A DNA stretch of 64,000 bases from Phyllobates terribilis (taxonomy: Eukaryota), in contig NW_027362765.1 of assembly GCF_046119375.1 (NCBI RefSeq), forward strand, positions 136,152,001 through 136,216,000, in the 5' to 3' direction. Positions 1 through 21,900 of the stretch are shown in pieces. Every line of letters starts with the position of its first letter. Position 1 is the first letter of the stretch. The position numbers were made by a program, and so were the translations under genes. The notes below the pieces were generated by a model, which did no database searches, was not told where the DNA came from, and saw only the letters and a list, made by a program, of their open reading frames with translations.

Positions 1-250
1 TCCTAGAGATCAGATGGATACAGTTTCACACATCCAACATTCCCTCATGCAACATATTACTGGCAGACACAGACAGAAGGTGGCCCTTGTGCAAGAATAG
101 TGTATCACCCCTTTGAAATCAAATAGTTTATCATAATGTTCAATCCCACCTGCTTTGGAGATGGAGATTGGTCCCCTTACCTCTTGGCAGGGCCAGTGTT
201 AGGGGCAGGCAAACTAGGCTTTCGCCTATGGCCCCCCTCCCCACTTCCCC

Positions 251-1143
251 TGTATTATACTGTATGGAGAACTATGGGGAGTGCATTATACTGGAAGTAC
301 TATATTGGGGCTGCATTATACTCTATCAAGGACACTAGGCCTTGTATTATACTGTATGTACTATATTGGGGCAGCATTATACTCTATCAAGGACTATGGG
401 GAATGCATTATACTGTATGGAGGACTATGGGGAATACATTATACTGTATGGAGGACTATGGGATGTATTATACTATGGGGAGTGCACTGGACTGTATGGA
501 GGACTATTGGGGGTCATTATACAATATGGAGAACTATGGGATTCATTATACTATATTGAGGACTTTGAGGAGTGCATTATACTGTATGCAGGACTATGGG
601 ATGCATTATACTATGGGGGGTGCATTGGACTATATGGAAGACTACTGGGAGTGCATTATACAATATGGAGGACTATGAGGAGTGTATTATACTATATGGA
701 GGACTATGGGAAGTGTACTATACTATATGGAGGACTATGGGCTGTGCATTATACTATATGAAGGACTATGGGGAGTGCATTATACTGTATGGGGGACTTA
801 TGGGGGTGCATTATACTATATGGAAGACTATGTGGTGCATTATACTGTATGGAGGACTATGGGGGTGCATTATACTGTATGGAGAACTATGGGGAGTGCA
901 TTATACTGTATGTACTATATGGGGGCTGCATTATACTCTATCAAGGACTATAGGCCTTGTATTATACTGTATGTACTATATTGGGGCAGCATTATACTCT
1001 ATCAAGGACTATGGGGAGTGCATTATACTGTATGGAGGACTATGGGGAATGCATTATACTGTATGGAGGACTATGGGATGCATTATACTATGGGGAGTGC
1101 ATTGGACTATATGGAGGACTATTGAGAGTGCATTATACAATAT
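251..1143. repeat. Minisatellite, ~30-31 bp unit (gcattatactgtatggaggactatggggagt-like)
   Basis: Tandem units visible directly. They generate the repetitive, overlapping ORFs at 136-1190. Confidence 0.95.
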
Positions 1144-1145
1144 GT

Positions 1146-2070
1146 TTAGTCTGTTTCAGTAGGTTACACAATCATTGGGAAGACTGCTGACTTGACAGAT
1201 GTCCAGAAGGCAGTCATTGACACATTCCACAAGGTCCCAGAGTTCCAATTTTCATTTGGAAATCAAGGTCCCAGAGTCTGGAGGAAGAGTGGAGAGGCCA
1301 CAATCCAAGCTGCTTGAGGTCTAGTGTGAAGTTTCCACAATCAGTGATGGTTTGGGGAGCCATGTCATCTGCTGGTGTAGGTCCACTGTGTTTTATCAAG
1401 ACCAAAGTCAGCGCAGCCGTCTACCAGGAAATTTTAGAGCACTTCATGCTTCCCTCTGCCGACAAGCTTTTTGGAGATGGAAATTTCATTCTCCAGCAGG
1501 ACTTGGCACCTGTCCACACTGCCAAAAGTACCAATACCTGGCTTACAAACAACAGTATCACTGTGCTTGATTGCCCAGCAAACTCGCCTGACCTTAACTC
1601 CATAGAGAATCTATGGGGTATTGTCAAGAGGAAGATGAGAGACACCAGACCCAACAATGCAGATGAGCTGAAGGCTGCTATCAAAGCAACCTGGGCTTCC
1701 ATAACACCTCAGCAGTGCCACAGGCTGATCACCTCCATGCCACGCCGCATTGATGCAGTAATTGATGCAAAAGGAGCCCCGACCAAGTACTGAGTGCATT
1801 TACTGAACATACATTTCAGTAGGCCAACATTTCGGATTTTAAAAACATTTTTCAAGCTGTTGTTATAAAGTATTCTAATTTACTGAGATAATGACTTTTG
1901 TGTTTTCATTGGCTGTAAGCCATAATCATCAACATTAACAGAAATAAACACTTGAAATAGATCACTCTGTTTGTAATGACTCTATATAATATCTGAGTTT
2001 CACTTTTTGTATTGAAGAACTGAAATAAATTACATTTTTGGTGATATTCTAATTTAGTCAGATGCACTTG
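1146..2070 (+). mobile_element. Tc1/mariner element, internally deleted and 5'-truncated, right TIR present
   Basis: ORF 1314-1793 has Tc1 catalytic-domain motifs (VMVWGAMS, QQDLAPVH, NSPDL, RRIDAVIDAKGAPTKY). The terminal sequence ends ...gatgcacttg followed by TA and matches the terminus of the copy at 47176-48073. Confidence 0.92.
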
Positions 2071-4489
2071 TACTATTGATGTAACTACAGGGGCCCATTT
2101 CCACCTCTAAAGCAGAAAATTGCTTTTGCCTCAGACACACTATTGGACGACCCGTACACTTTTTCTGCACAGGGGTCCTCTTCTCTTTGTGTGCTCCCGT
2201 TACTAATGTGTCAGCAGTGTCCTGTGGGGCGTGTGGTGTATCTTGGGGCCAGACAGCGTTCATCACAGCAAGGACATTGTTTTTGTGTATCCAGTCCGAG
2301 TGGTTTCCGACCATTCCCAGTACGGACTGGTGTACCTGATCAGGTGACATTGTGAACAGTTGTACTAACAGTGGGCGAACACAACCTGACCCCTGACAGA
2401 AAGTGTGACCAGGGGCTAGCACATCCTACAGTGTGCACAGTGTTTTATTATCACCTACGTGGTGTGTGCGCACGACCACCACACCATTTCACTAGGAAAC
2501 TCCGTTCTCTGGATCATGGGGATCTGAGCCATTGGTGGGGGTCAGACCACTGGGACCCCACAATTGTGAGAACAGGGATTTGTAATGAAATAACTTGGTT
2601 GCCCAGCATGCACGTCACATCTCCATTCATTCTCTATGGAACTGTGGAGGTAGTCCAGTATGGCTTCAGAGAGAACAAGTACAGCCTCCTCCAAATCAGT
2701 TTGTGAATACCATTACCACCTCCCTTTTAAACAAGATGGGCAGCAGTGCACCCTTAGCTGGGCTCGCCTCAGAACGTACCGCCCACCTCTGCAGTGATGA
2801 CGGCAAAGACGGCATGTAGCCCATAATTTTGTTAATGGTATTAAAGGGGGCAATAAGGAGTTACTCCCATCTTCATACATGGATATTGTCGGACAGTCCT
2901 GTACTTCTGCAATTCACTGCTTATTAAAATGTGCAGCGGTTCTTAAGTTAACACCTTTCTTTACAGCTCGTTACCTAGGAAACTGACCACCGCTGCTCTC
3001 TGGCTTGTAAGCACTGCACTGAAGCTGGCTGGGATTAGGAGGGAACGGCAAGCGGCCTGATTCTCCAGGTCGGTATGATTAACCATGATAATAAACTTGT
3101 ATAGTTTTTTTTAGATTACTTTTTCCATCATTGGAGCTGAGTGAGGGCTTGTATTTTTTCTCTGCAGAGCTGACATTTTTATTCATATCATTTCGGGGTA
3201 CATATGACATATTCATCACTTTTTATTGCATTTTTGGGGTGGAAACTGTGGTGACTGAAAAATACAAATCTGGAGTTTTGATTTTTTTATTTTCAGCTTT
3301 GAATGTATATTTAAAAAAATTTATATTTTGATAGACCGGACTTTTATGTAAATGTTGGTACCAAATATGTTTATTTTTTTTACTTTAAAAGAGGGCTGAT
3401 TTTAAACTTTAAAAAAAATTTTTAGTCCCCTCAGGGGAGTCTAACCTGTGATATACAGTATATACTGCGATACCACAGTATATAGTACAAATCATAGTCT
3501 TCTTTGGAGTTTAGCCTATAGCTGAGTTTCAATGAAGGACATCATTGGTGGCGGCGACCCGGGCTTCTATGGTAGCGCTTGCCATTGCCCAATTTAAATG
3601 CAGCTTTCAGAGATTGACTACAGAATTCTTAATAGTGACACAGTAGTGTTCACAGTTAGCAAAGATGGCTCCTGTGTCAGACAGATGTCGGTCGTGTACT
3701 ACAGCCGGCATCAGCCCTGTATGGAGGGAGCACAGCTCCTGAGCCCGTACACATGCACTCTATGACGTACATGTACTGCAGGGTGCGTGAAGGCGCTATG
3801 GCTGGCAATAGACTTGGTGGTTCTCCACCTGGCACTGTCCATATGGGCATTCTGCATTACTTCTGGGGGCATACTGTTTGGTAACATGAAGAAGTAATTC
3901 TATGGGCACTAATAGGGGGCACAAGTTGGCATTACCCATGGGGCATTCTGCTTGCCGCCATTTATGGCTGTGCCATTATTACTAGGAGCGTTCTGGACAG
4001 CACCATTTTTGGGGGTAGTCAGTGTCTGGGCTGGTGCCAGAATTCTGGGCAAGTTCTGGAGCCCAAGGCTCCTGGGGGCCCAGATTTCCACTGGTAATGT
4101 CCACCATGTCTGCCCTGTACAGAGCCGATGTTATTCTGCTCCTACCACAGCATCTTAGCGTTACATACCGGTAACAATGGTTGGAGATGGGGGAAGGTGT
4201 CCCATCCCTCTCCCAGCCACCCATCCTCCTCCTCACCCCCACCATGATCACTGGCTGCGGAGGGCATTGTCATATAGGGGTAATCTGACACAGTACACTA
4301 TTATTATTATTTATATAGTAGCATTGATTCCATGGTGCTGTACATGAGGGGTTACATACAAAAATGATCACACTATTGCATATATTGTACAGGAGATGGC
4401 AGGGCAAGTCCCTCAGGGACACCAATGAACTAAGTTCTGGGATTCTCTGCCCGCTTCTCTTCCCCTCTCTATACGGCTCTTTCTCCGCT

Positions 4490-4725
4490 CCGTCCTCATT
4501 GACGAGGACAAGAGCAGAGCGAGGTGACACCCGGCCGGCACGTGAAGGTCACCGCCTGTTCCTTTAACAACGCCGGCTCCGGGGCGGGGCTAAATGACGC
4601 ACATCCGTGACGTAAGGGCAATGTCGCGGTTTCCGATTGGTCGCCGCCTTTGCCTGGACTGCGCACTGCTCGAACGCCAGTGTCACTTGGTATCTGGCGG
4701 GCGGAGAGATCGGAGCACCGGTAAC
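4490..4725 (+). promoter_or_regulatory. CpG-rich promoter and 5' UTR of PRELID3B
   Basis: CpG-dense stretch directly before the ATG, with a GC box (ggggcggggc ~4581), CRE-like tgacgca and tgacgtaa, and a reverse CCAAT (gattgg ~4635). Confidence 0.7.
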
Positions 4726-13281
<8,556 letters not shown>

Positions 13282-14512
13282 TCCATCGTCATCGTCACTA
13301 GGTGTTATACTGGAAAGGCTGCAGCGTCTCTCCGTGCACATAATCTATTTATTCTTATTTAAGAATGTATCTTTATTAAGTAGGATTTTTTTCAAATTGA
13401 AGCTTTGAGAGAAGTGTCAGCAACGTGGGAACAAGTAAAGCCGGGGACCAGGCTGTGGGATGACATAACCTCTTCCCAATAAACCCAGTTTCTAGTGTCG
13501 GCACAGTTGTGACGTTATCGTACCAGCTTCATGGCCGCTGTCGGACCAAGGGTCATGTTACACCAGCATCTCGCACATCCATATCTATAGCGCCCACATA
13601 GGTGGCAGAGGTCGTCTGCTCTATAATACCGCTCTTAGAATGTTCCTGCCATCATAGATACACGTACGGCTTTCATGCTAGAACCAGTGACCAATGCTGG
13701 GTTTGTCATGTCACAACCCTTTGTAGCAGTTTCTAGGTAAATGACAATCTTAGCTCTGCTTTATCTGGGAGTCCATTTACTTGTAGAAACTAATTATTGC
13801 TCAGTTTTGGCTGCTTGTGCTTTTTACAGCAGCCATATTTGTAAGGAGCAGTGCAAATAATTCTGGTGGCACTGCCCAGAGCAACCAGTAATTGTCACTA
13901 GTATATTATGACTTTCCCTCCTCCAATATCTGACCTCCAGGTCTATGTATCACTGACTGGTGGCCATGTTTTCCAGGTGACCAGTGCTTACGTGCATTGA
14001 AGCTAATGCCTGCATTTACCTCAGCCTGTCATTGCGCGGATTTGCACCGAATACGAAAGCTGATATGAGAATGTGGGAACTTTGTGCTAATCTATGAAAG
14101 CAAATATTTTACTTGAATTTTATTTGACAGGTTACGTAAAAGTTCGGGATTGTGAACATTTTTTTTTTTTTTCTAAAGGAAAAGCTTATGAACGTACTAC
14201 TTGGTTAATGGTCTACTGTATTGCACAAGGGAAACGGTGGTAATTGTAATGGAAGGGTTAATATTTAAAGAAACCGGTCTCAAACACATTGTTGAATCTT
14301 TTTATTAATGGTTTCATAATTACTAAATTGGATTTTTTCCCCCTCGTTGAAATCGCAATGTCCAATGACCGTCATGTTTTCCTTGTATAGAATCTGTGTT
14401 TAAAGGGGTATTCCAGTCAAAAACATCTAGTTTGGAGGTACAACTGATGAAATCCCTACCAACTCCAGAGCCCCATAGCCTTACAGTTGCAAGAAGCAGT
14501 TTTTGTGAATAA

Positions 14513-14720
14513 GGCCACGGCCCCACTATCAGTATTCCCCACTATCAGTAGTCGGTCAGTATTTTTTCTCAGGAGTGGGAGCCAAAACCAGGTGAGGAAC
14601 AATGAGAGGAAAGGTATAATAGAAACAAGTCACCAATTCTGCATTTATCACCCACTCCTGGTTTTGGCTCCCACTCCTGAGAAAAAATACTGACCGAATA
14701 CTGATAGTGGGGCTTTGACC
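14513..14720. mobile_element. Palindromic PIF/Harbinger-type MITE, copy 1
   Basis: 3-bp TSD TAA/TAA; arms caggagtgggagccaaaaccagg / cctggttttggctcccactcctg. Confidence 0.8.
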
Positions 14721-16201
14721 TAAAGTGATGGTTGAGTGTAGGTGGTGTGAGGCAGTCAAGATGGGACCAGGGTCCTGCGAACCTCCTACTACCTGCTGTC
14801 ACCCCCTATGCCATCATTGTGGCGTGTGACACTCATGATGGGACCAGGGTACTGCAAATTTTTTTGCTCAACTCCAAATTTGACCATTTTGGCAGTGAAT
14901 ACCCCTCTAAATTACTACAACCTCCATTTTGTTACACAGCTCCATAATATGACAGTCGCTCATTAGTGAAACGCCAGCAATAATGTTTTGCTTATTAATA
15001 ATGACTAATCTGCGGTTCCAGACAACTAAAAAAAAAAAAAGTGCAAAAAAAGAAAAAACATATATGGGTCCAGCCAATGCTGGCAGATTCGGAGGAATTG
15101 CCCAAAATTGCATTTTTAGCCTTAAGTTCTAACAACCATTATCAGGCTCAGTCATTAGTATTAGTATAGTAGCGGCAGTTCCCCCAAATTGGCGTACAAA
15201 AAAAATATCTAGTGTAATATTATATATTTTAGCTTGTGGCCTGCCTGGCAGCCATTTTGTGTCTACCTCCTGTGATTGGGATTTAAATCTGTGATTGAGA
15301 CAAAATGGCTGCCTGGTGTGTCAAAACAGACTGAGAACATGCAGCTTTGCTGGCTGTAGCAACCAATCAGCGCACAGCTTTTATTTTCGTAGGGCATTAA
15401 GCAGCGCGCTGATTGGTTGCTATAGGCAGTGAGGTTATTTCACTTTTTTGAGGCAGTTTTGATAAATAAGGCCCAATATGTCTAGTTTAAGGTTATTTGA
15501 AGGACTTTGTCAGCAGAAGCCTTAGGCCAAATAGTGTTGTTGAGCCAGTAGCCTCAAAGCTGTTGTGAAGACTACAACTCCCAGTATCTCCTGACAGCTG
15601 CAGGCTATCCGGATACTGGGAGTTGTAGTTTCACAACAGCTGTTCAGTCAGGTTCGGGATCACTGGTTTAAGAAAATTTACGCAATATTGTGTTTGCTTG
15701 TGTGAGAGTAATGTAACATGGCCTTACCTGTACAGACAATAAGGGTTAAACAGAAAAATGTTTTGTACGACGAGCACTCCTGAGTTTATTTTTATATTAA
15801 CCTTGTTGTTCATGTTATGTATGTCATGTCGATGAGCAAATGCCAGTAAAAGCTGGAAACGGAGCAGAAATGTGTCTGTCTATTATTGGGCTCAAAATGA
15901 TGAGTAGGTGTTGAAGGACACTAAATAGATCGTGATTTAACAAGCTGATGGGCCTAGACTAGCCAAAATGCCCCCATATTGGACCAGCATTCCTACTAAC
16001 TGGGACTGTCATAGGAGTAGACGTCAGAAAATATTTACACTGGTGCTCCATGCCCTACAGTCTGTTACGGGAATCCCTACAACATCCCTGGGCATTTGAT
16101 TCTTCCCGTTAAAGGGTAATCTAGCTCCATTCACTTCTGGGAGGTGAGTGGCTTGGTGGCGTCACATTTACAGTTAACTGCTGCTTGTGCATGTGACCCA
16201 G

Positions 16202-16797
16202 TGTAACGCTGGCATCCCTGCATAGTTCCTCTCCCTCCTTCCAGCAGGGACGCCGACATGCTCACAGCCATGGCTGCTCGGCAGCATCCCCCTCTGTCTC
16301 CCGCTGCAGCTTCCAGCACCTGCCCAGGTTTCCTAGCAATGCTCTTAGGTTGCACACTGCCTGCTCCTTAAAGGGGTGGCGTGCACTACGGAAATATCCT
16401 CAGTCTATAGCTGGGAGGCGTTTAAGGCACCCTCCCTGGTAGGGAGGTGCATGAGCAACTTTAGTTTCTAGTTTGTCTTCAAACTTTCTAGTCTGTCAGT
16501 TCCCCATCCGATCTAAACCAGTACCTGTGATCCTGTACCCGTCCTGTCTGAACCAGTACAAGTATCCTTTCTGCTCTTGTCCCACCTGACGCTCTGAGTC
16601 TATACCTGGATTTCTGACTGTTGAGGTTAGCTGCTGCAGTACCGGGGACTGCCCTGGATTGGTTCCTGGTGAATTCTGCAGCCTGGCCTATGCTTTACCA
16701 TCAGAGGCTCAAGTGAAGACCAGGTAGCCACTTAGTTACGCCCCTCCAGGGTACGCCCAGTCTGTGGCGCAGTGGTTCCATACCCACCAGTGTGACA
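16202..16797. mobile_element. Probable solo LTR
   Basis: TG...CA termini (tgtaacg...gtgtgaca), flanks cccag / cctag (5-bp TSD with one mismatch), ~600 bp, no coding capacity. Confidence 0.55.
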
Positions 16798-18029
16798 CCT
16801 AGCAGATGGCTGTAACCATGAGACCACTGATCCCTCCTCCCGATGCGGAGACTACCCCTTTTAATTAAATCTAAAATGACTATCGATTCCTAAAAACAGG
16901 CCCCCTAAGTGAATAAGCAGCTTGGTCCTCTTGGTAAATGCAGACCGAAGACTAGACTCCCTAAGTAACGAACCCTGAAAAACAGACCCTAGGTCTGACC
17001 CCTTATTAAGTACAAGCCCTGTCAGCTGATTCAAACTGCACAAACAATGGGCAGCACGGAGCAGACACCAGCTCCATTTTTGCAGCCTTTCAGAGAAAAC
17101 TTACTGTAAAAGCCATCTGGGGTCTATTCATCTTAAATGACTAGCTTGAGGTTTCCCCCTGCCTCGCTCCCAATAACTGACCGATCTCTCTTGTGTGTGT
17201 GTGAGTAAAGCACACATGGCTGTAATAACACAGCCAGTGTCTGAGTCAGGAAACCTGAATCCAGCTAACAGGTTCCATTTAATAAATCTGTAGAAGTTTG
17301 ACCAGTCTCCTGTTGTGTGCCACCCTATGGCATGGATCCATATGTCAACTGAGTGCTATTGTAATCTAAAAGTGATAACCACATCCAGTGCTCAAGACTG
17401 TATTCACACTTTGCAGTAATTCAGCCATGCCCACCTTAAGGGACAAATAAATACATAGATTTGCAGGTAACCCCTAAATGTTAAGGTATACACTCATTTG
17501 TGACAATGTAGTTTCATTGTTAGACCATCAAACAGTGAAATATGGTCATTGTTCAGCACGTCCGCTCTTGCTTTCACAGTTTTAATTTTATTGACCGACC
17601 AGAACAAAGTTCAGATACTTTGCCTCTCCTCGTTCTTGCAGCTTCGAGTCCTGGTCCCGCATACAACATCCTCAAGCTGAGATCTGGAGCCTGTGACTAC
17701 AGAGGCCTGGAGAGGTGGTCATTGGCCCCAGGGAGTCTTCTTTTTCTGGGTCCAGGGATTTACACATTTCTACCCCCTAGGCCAAAACACATAATTCTGC
17801 ACCTTCAAAAATGTTGATTTTATAATTTTTCAATTTAATATGTAGTTTATTTTTGAAACCTATAAGCACCTAATACAATCATTAGACTCTTTGAACCACA
17901 TTATATTTTTATTTCAAAATTACACCATGTATGAAATTGCATAACATTAACACCTACAAAAAAAAAGGTTCCGTCAAATTTCTTCAAGTTGTCTTAAATA
18001 CCTACTAGAATTTCTTCCTTCAATCCAGG

Positions 18030-18350
18030 AAAAGGCTTTGTTTCATTAAAATCGACAGATCTTGTTAAATCTGCTTTAATGCCAAGAAGTGCGAGGGCAT
18101 TCTGCTTATTTTGCTGCATCGTAGATCTTAAATAATCCTTGATTCTTCTAAGATCTTTGAACCGCGGAATTAGTCAAAAGTTCTTAATAAAATGTCAATA
18201 TTTGGATAAAGTGTTTGTAGTCCTTTTCCTTGTAGCCACTTGCAAAGTGCTAACGGATTTTAAGTCCCAATGTTGCAATCAGTTATGTGAGATTTCAGAT
18301 GGGGAAGTTAATCGTGTAGAGAGGGAACCAGATCACTGTAATTTCTGTAT
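18030..18350 (-). pseudogene. hAT transposase relic (C-terminal dimerisation domain)
   Basis: Manual minus-strand translation gives LQTLYPNIDILLR...TNSAVQRS...RIKDYLRSTMQQNKQNALALLGIKADLTRSVDFNE, which resembles the hATC motif pattern. Frameshifted. Confidence 0.65.
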
Positions 18351-18360
18351 CACAATCTTA

Positions 18361-18547
18361 GGCCACGGCCCCACTATCAGTATTTGATCAGTATTTTTTC
18401 TCAGGAGTGGGAGCCAAAACCAGGCGAGGAACAATCAGAGAAAAGGTATAATGGAAACAAGTCACCAATTCTGCATTTATCACCCACTCCTGGTTTTGGC
18501 TCCCACTCCTGAGAAAAAATACTGACCAAATACTGGGGCCCTTGGCC
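18361..18547. mobile_element. Palindromic PIF/Harbinger-type MITE, copy 2
   Basis: Same family as 14513-14720; TSD TTA/TTA. Confidence 0.8.
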
Positions 18548-18964
18548 TTACACTATGTGTGACTGCACACTGGGGTGTTACTGCAAGGGGGCATGTGATC
18601 ATAAACATAAGAAGGTTTGGTTGCTAAGAAGACGATTCCAGTTGGGTTTTATGAAATGGCTTCTTCTCGCATGCGCACTACACAAACCGAAGGATCTCTG
18701 AGACCTTGGGCTGAGGATTGGCCACCACTCCTCAGCCAGCGCTTTGTGTTTGCCCCCATTTTCCAGCCAGACCCTGAATAGTAGAAGTCAAGCGATATGA
18801 GCGCAATGAACCACTATTGTAACGTCAAATCTGGAATTTTCCTTTAATACGGGGTTGACGCTGAGTGTGAGAGAGAGAAATGGCAAATGATTTTTGCCAG
18901 TGACTGAGCAAGACGGCGCAAGCTGCAGAGATAGGCAATGTAAATTACCGCTCACTTTATTTAA

Positions 18965-21900
18965 CCCCTTTACAACCCAAGGTGGTTTGCACGTTAATGA
19001 CCAGGCCAATTTTTACAATTCTGACCACTGTCACTTTATGAGGTAATTACTCTGGAACGCTTCAACGGATCCCCCTGATTCTGAGATTGTTTTTTCGTGA
19101 CCTATTGTACTTCATATTGTACTTCATGATTGTGGTAAAATTTCTTCTATATCACTTGCATTTATTTGTGAAAAAAACAAAAATTTGGCAAAAATTTTGA
19201 AAATTTTAATTATCCCCTTAAATCACAGAGAGATGTCACACAAAATAGTTAATAAATAACATTTCCCACATGTCTACTTTACATCAGCACAATTTTGGAA
19301 CCAAATTTTTTTTTTTATTAGGGAGCTATAAGGGTTAAAAGTTGACCAGCGATTTCTCATTTTTCCAACAAAATTTACAAAACCATTTTTTTAGGGACCA
19401 CATCACATTTGAAGTCACTTTGAGAGGTCTTTATGACAGAAAATACCCAAAAGTGACACCATTCTAAAAACTGCATCCCTCAAGGTGCTCAAAACCACAT
19501 TCAAGAACTTTATTAACCCTTCAGGTGCTTCATAGGAATTTTTGGAATGTGGAAGAAAGAAATTAACATTTAACTTTTTTCACAAAAATGTTACTTTAGA
19601 CCCAAGTTTTTTTTTGTTTTCGCAGGGGTAACCGGAAAAAATGGACCCCAAAATCTGTTGTGCAATTTCCCCTGGGCACGCAGATACCCCATATGTGGGG
19701 AAAAACCTCTGTTTGGGCTCATGGCAGGGTTCGGAAGGGAAGGAGCGCCATTTGACTTTTTGAATGTAAAATTTGCTTGAATAATTAGCGGACGCCATGT
19801 TGCATTTGGGGAGACCCTGATGTGCCTAAACAGTGGAAACCCCCCACAAGTGACACCATTTTGGAAACTAGACCCCCTCAAGGAACTTATCTACATGTGT
19901 GGTGAGCACCTTGAACCCCCAGGTGCTTCACAGAAGTTTATAACATTGAGCTGTAAAAATAAAATGTTCACATTTTTCCCACAAAAATGTTTTTCAGCCC
20001 CCAGTTTTGCATTTTCATAAGGGTAACAGGAGAAATTGCACGATGCAGTTTGTTGTGCAATTTCTCCTGAGTAAGCAGATACCCCATATGTGGGGGAAAA
20101 CCACTGTTTGGGCGCACGGCAGGGTTCAGAAAGGAAGGAGCGCCATTTGACTTTTTGATTGAAAAATTTGCTTGAATAATTAGTGGATGTGCCTAAACAG
20201 TGGAAACCCCCCACAAGTGACACCATTTTTTAAACTAGACCCCTCAGGGAACTTCTCTAGATGTGTGGTGAGCACCTTGAACCCCCAAGTCCTTTACAGA
20301 AGTTTATAACATGGAGCCGTGAAAATAAAAAAATCTAACTTTTTCCACAAAAATGATGTTTTAGCCCCATTTTTTTTATTTTCACAAGGGTAAGAGGAGA
20401 AAATGGACCCCAAAAACTTTTGTGCAATTTCTCCTGAGCACGCCAATATATGTGGGGAAAATAGTGTTTGGGCGCACGGCAGAGTTCAGAAGGGAAGGAG
20501 CACTGTGTGACTTTTTGAACGCAAAATCGGCTGAAATCAAGAGCGGACGCCATGTCGCTTTTGGAGAGCCCCTGATGTGCCTAAATAGTGGAAACCCCCC
20601 ACAAGTGACCCCATTTTGGAAACTACACCCCTCAAGGATTTTATCAAGGAGTATAGTGAACATTTTGAACCCAGAGGTACGACAGAATTTAATAACATTA
20701 GGTCATCATATTGAATAAGTTGTCATTAGTCTTGAGCACAAGTGCTCACTGCTTGAGTTTGCATCGGGTACTCAGGTATGCACCATGTATCGCGGGTGCT
20801 CGAGTCCACGCCCGCATGTTTCACGGTTATTAGACACCCCCAAAAAAAACACGCGGGGATCGCTCGTACATGGCAGGCAATCCCCGCGAGGTTTTTTTGC
20901 CCGCGAAGCATATGGGGCGGAGACTCGAGCATGTCACTCAAGTACCCTCGATACTCAATGCATACCCAAGCACCTGATGCAAACTCAAGTAGCGAGCACT
21001 TGCGCTCAACACTAGTTGCCATATCGTCAACTTTTTTTTTTTTTTTACTTCTGAAAAAAAAAACAACCCTAACACCAACCCCAGCCCTAGCATTTATTTT
21101 TTACGCCGTTCCTAGTGCGGTATAAGTGATTAGACGACTTTATTCTTCGGGTCGGTGTGATTACAGCGATACCAGAATCATATCGGGTTTTTATGATTGA
21201 CAGCTGTCACACACTAAAAGACACACATTTTGTAAAATCTAGTTTTTGCGTCGCCATATTTTGAGAGCTATAATTTTTCCATATTTTGGCAGACAGAGTT
21301 ATGCGACAGCTTGTTTTTTGCGGGACGAGTTGACGTTTTTATTGGTGCCATTTTCAGGCACGTGACATTTTTTGATCGCTTTCTATTCCAGTTTTTGGGA
21401 GGCAGAATAAACAAAAACCAACAATTCAGGAATTTTCATTTTTTTATTTTTTTATTCTGCTCCGTGTGTGGTAAAATTGATAAGGTAGCTTTATTCTTCA
21501 GGTCAGTACGTTTACAGTGGTACCACATTTATATTGTTTTTCTATGTTTTGGCGCTTTTACACAATGAAAGCTATGTTATAGAAAAAAATATTTTTTTGC
21601 ATCGCTTTATTCTGAGAGCTATAACTTTTATTTTTCGGCTGATTGAGCTGTATTGCAGCTTGTTTTTTGCGGGACGAGATGACGTTTTCGGCGGTAACAT
21701 TTTTATTTATATTCGTCTTTTTGATTGCGTGTTATTCCATTTTTTGTTTGGCGGTATGATGATAAAGCATTGTTTTTTGCTTCATTTTTTATTTTATTTT
21801 TTTACAGTGTTCACTGAAGGGGTTAACTAGTTGGACAATTTTATAGGTCAGGTCGTTCCGGACGCGGCGATACCAAATATGTGTACTTTTATGTTTTGTT

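Noticed and set aside
136-1190. Long overlapping Tyr/Gly-rich ORFs
   Set aside because: Translations of the 30-bp satellite, open in several frames.
2054-3100. Possible retroelement coding relic (ORFs 2054-2819)
   Set aside because: No recognisable RT, integrase or gag motif by eye.
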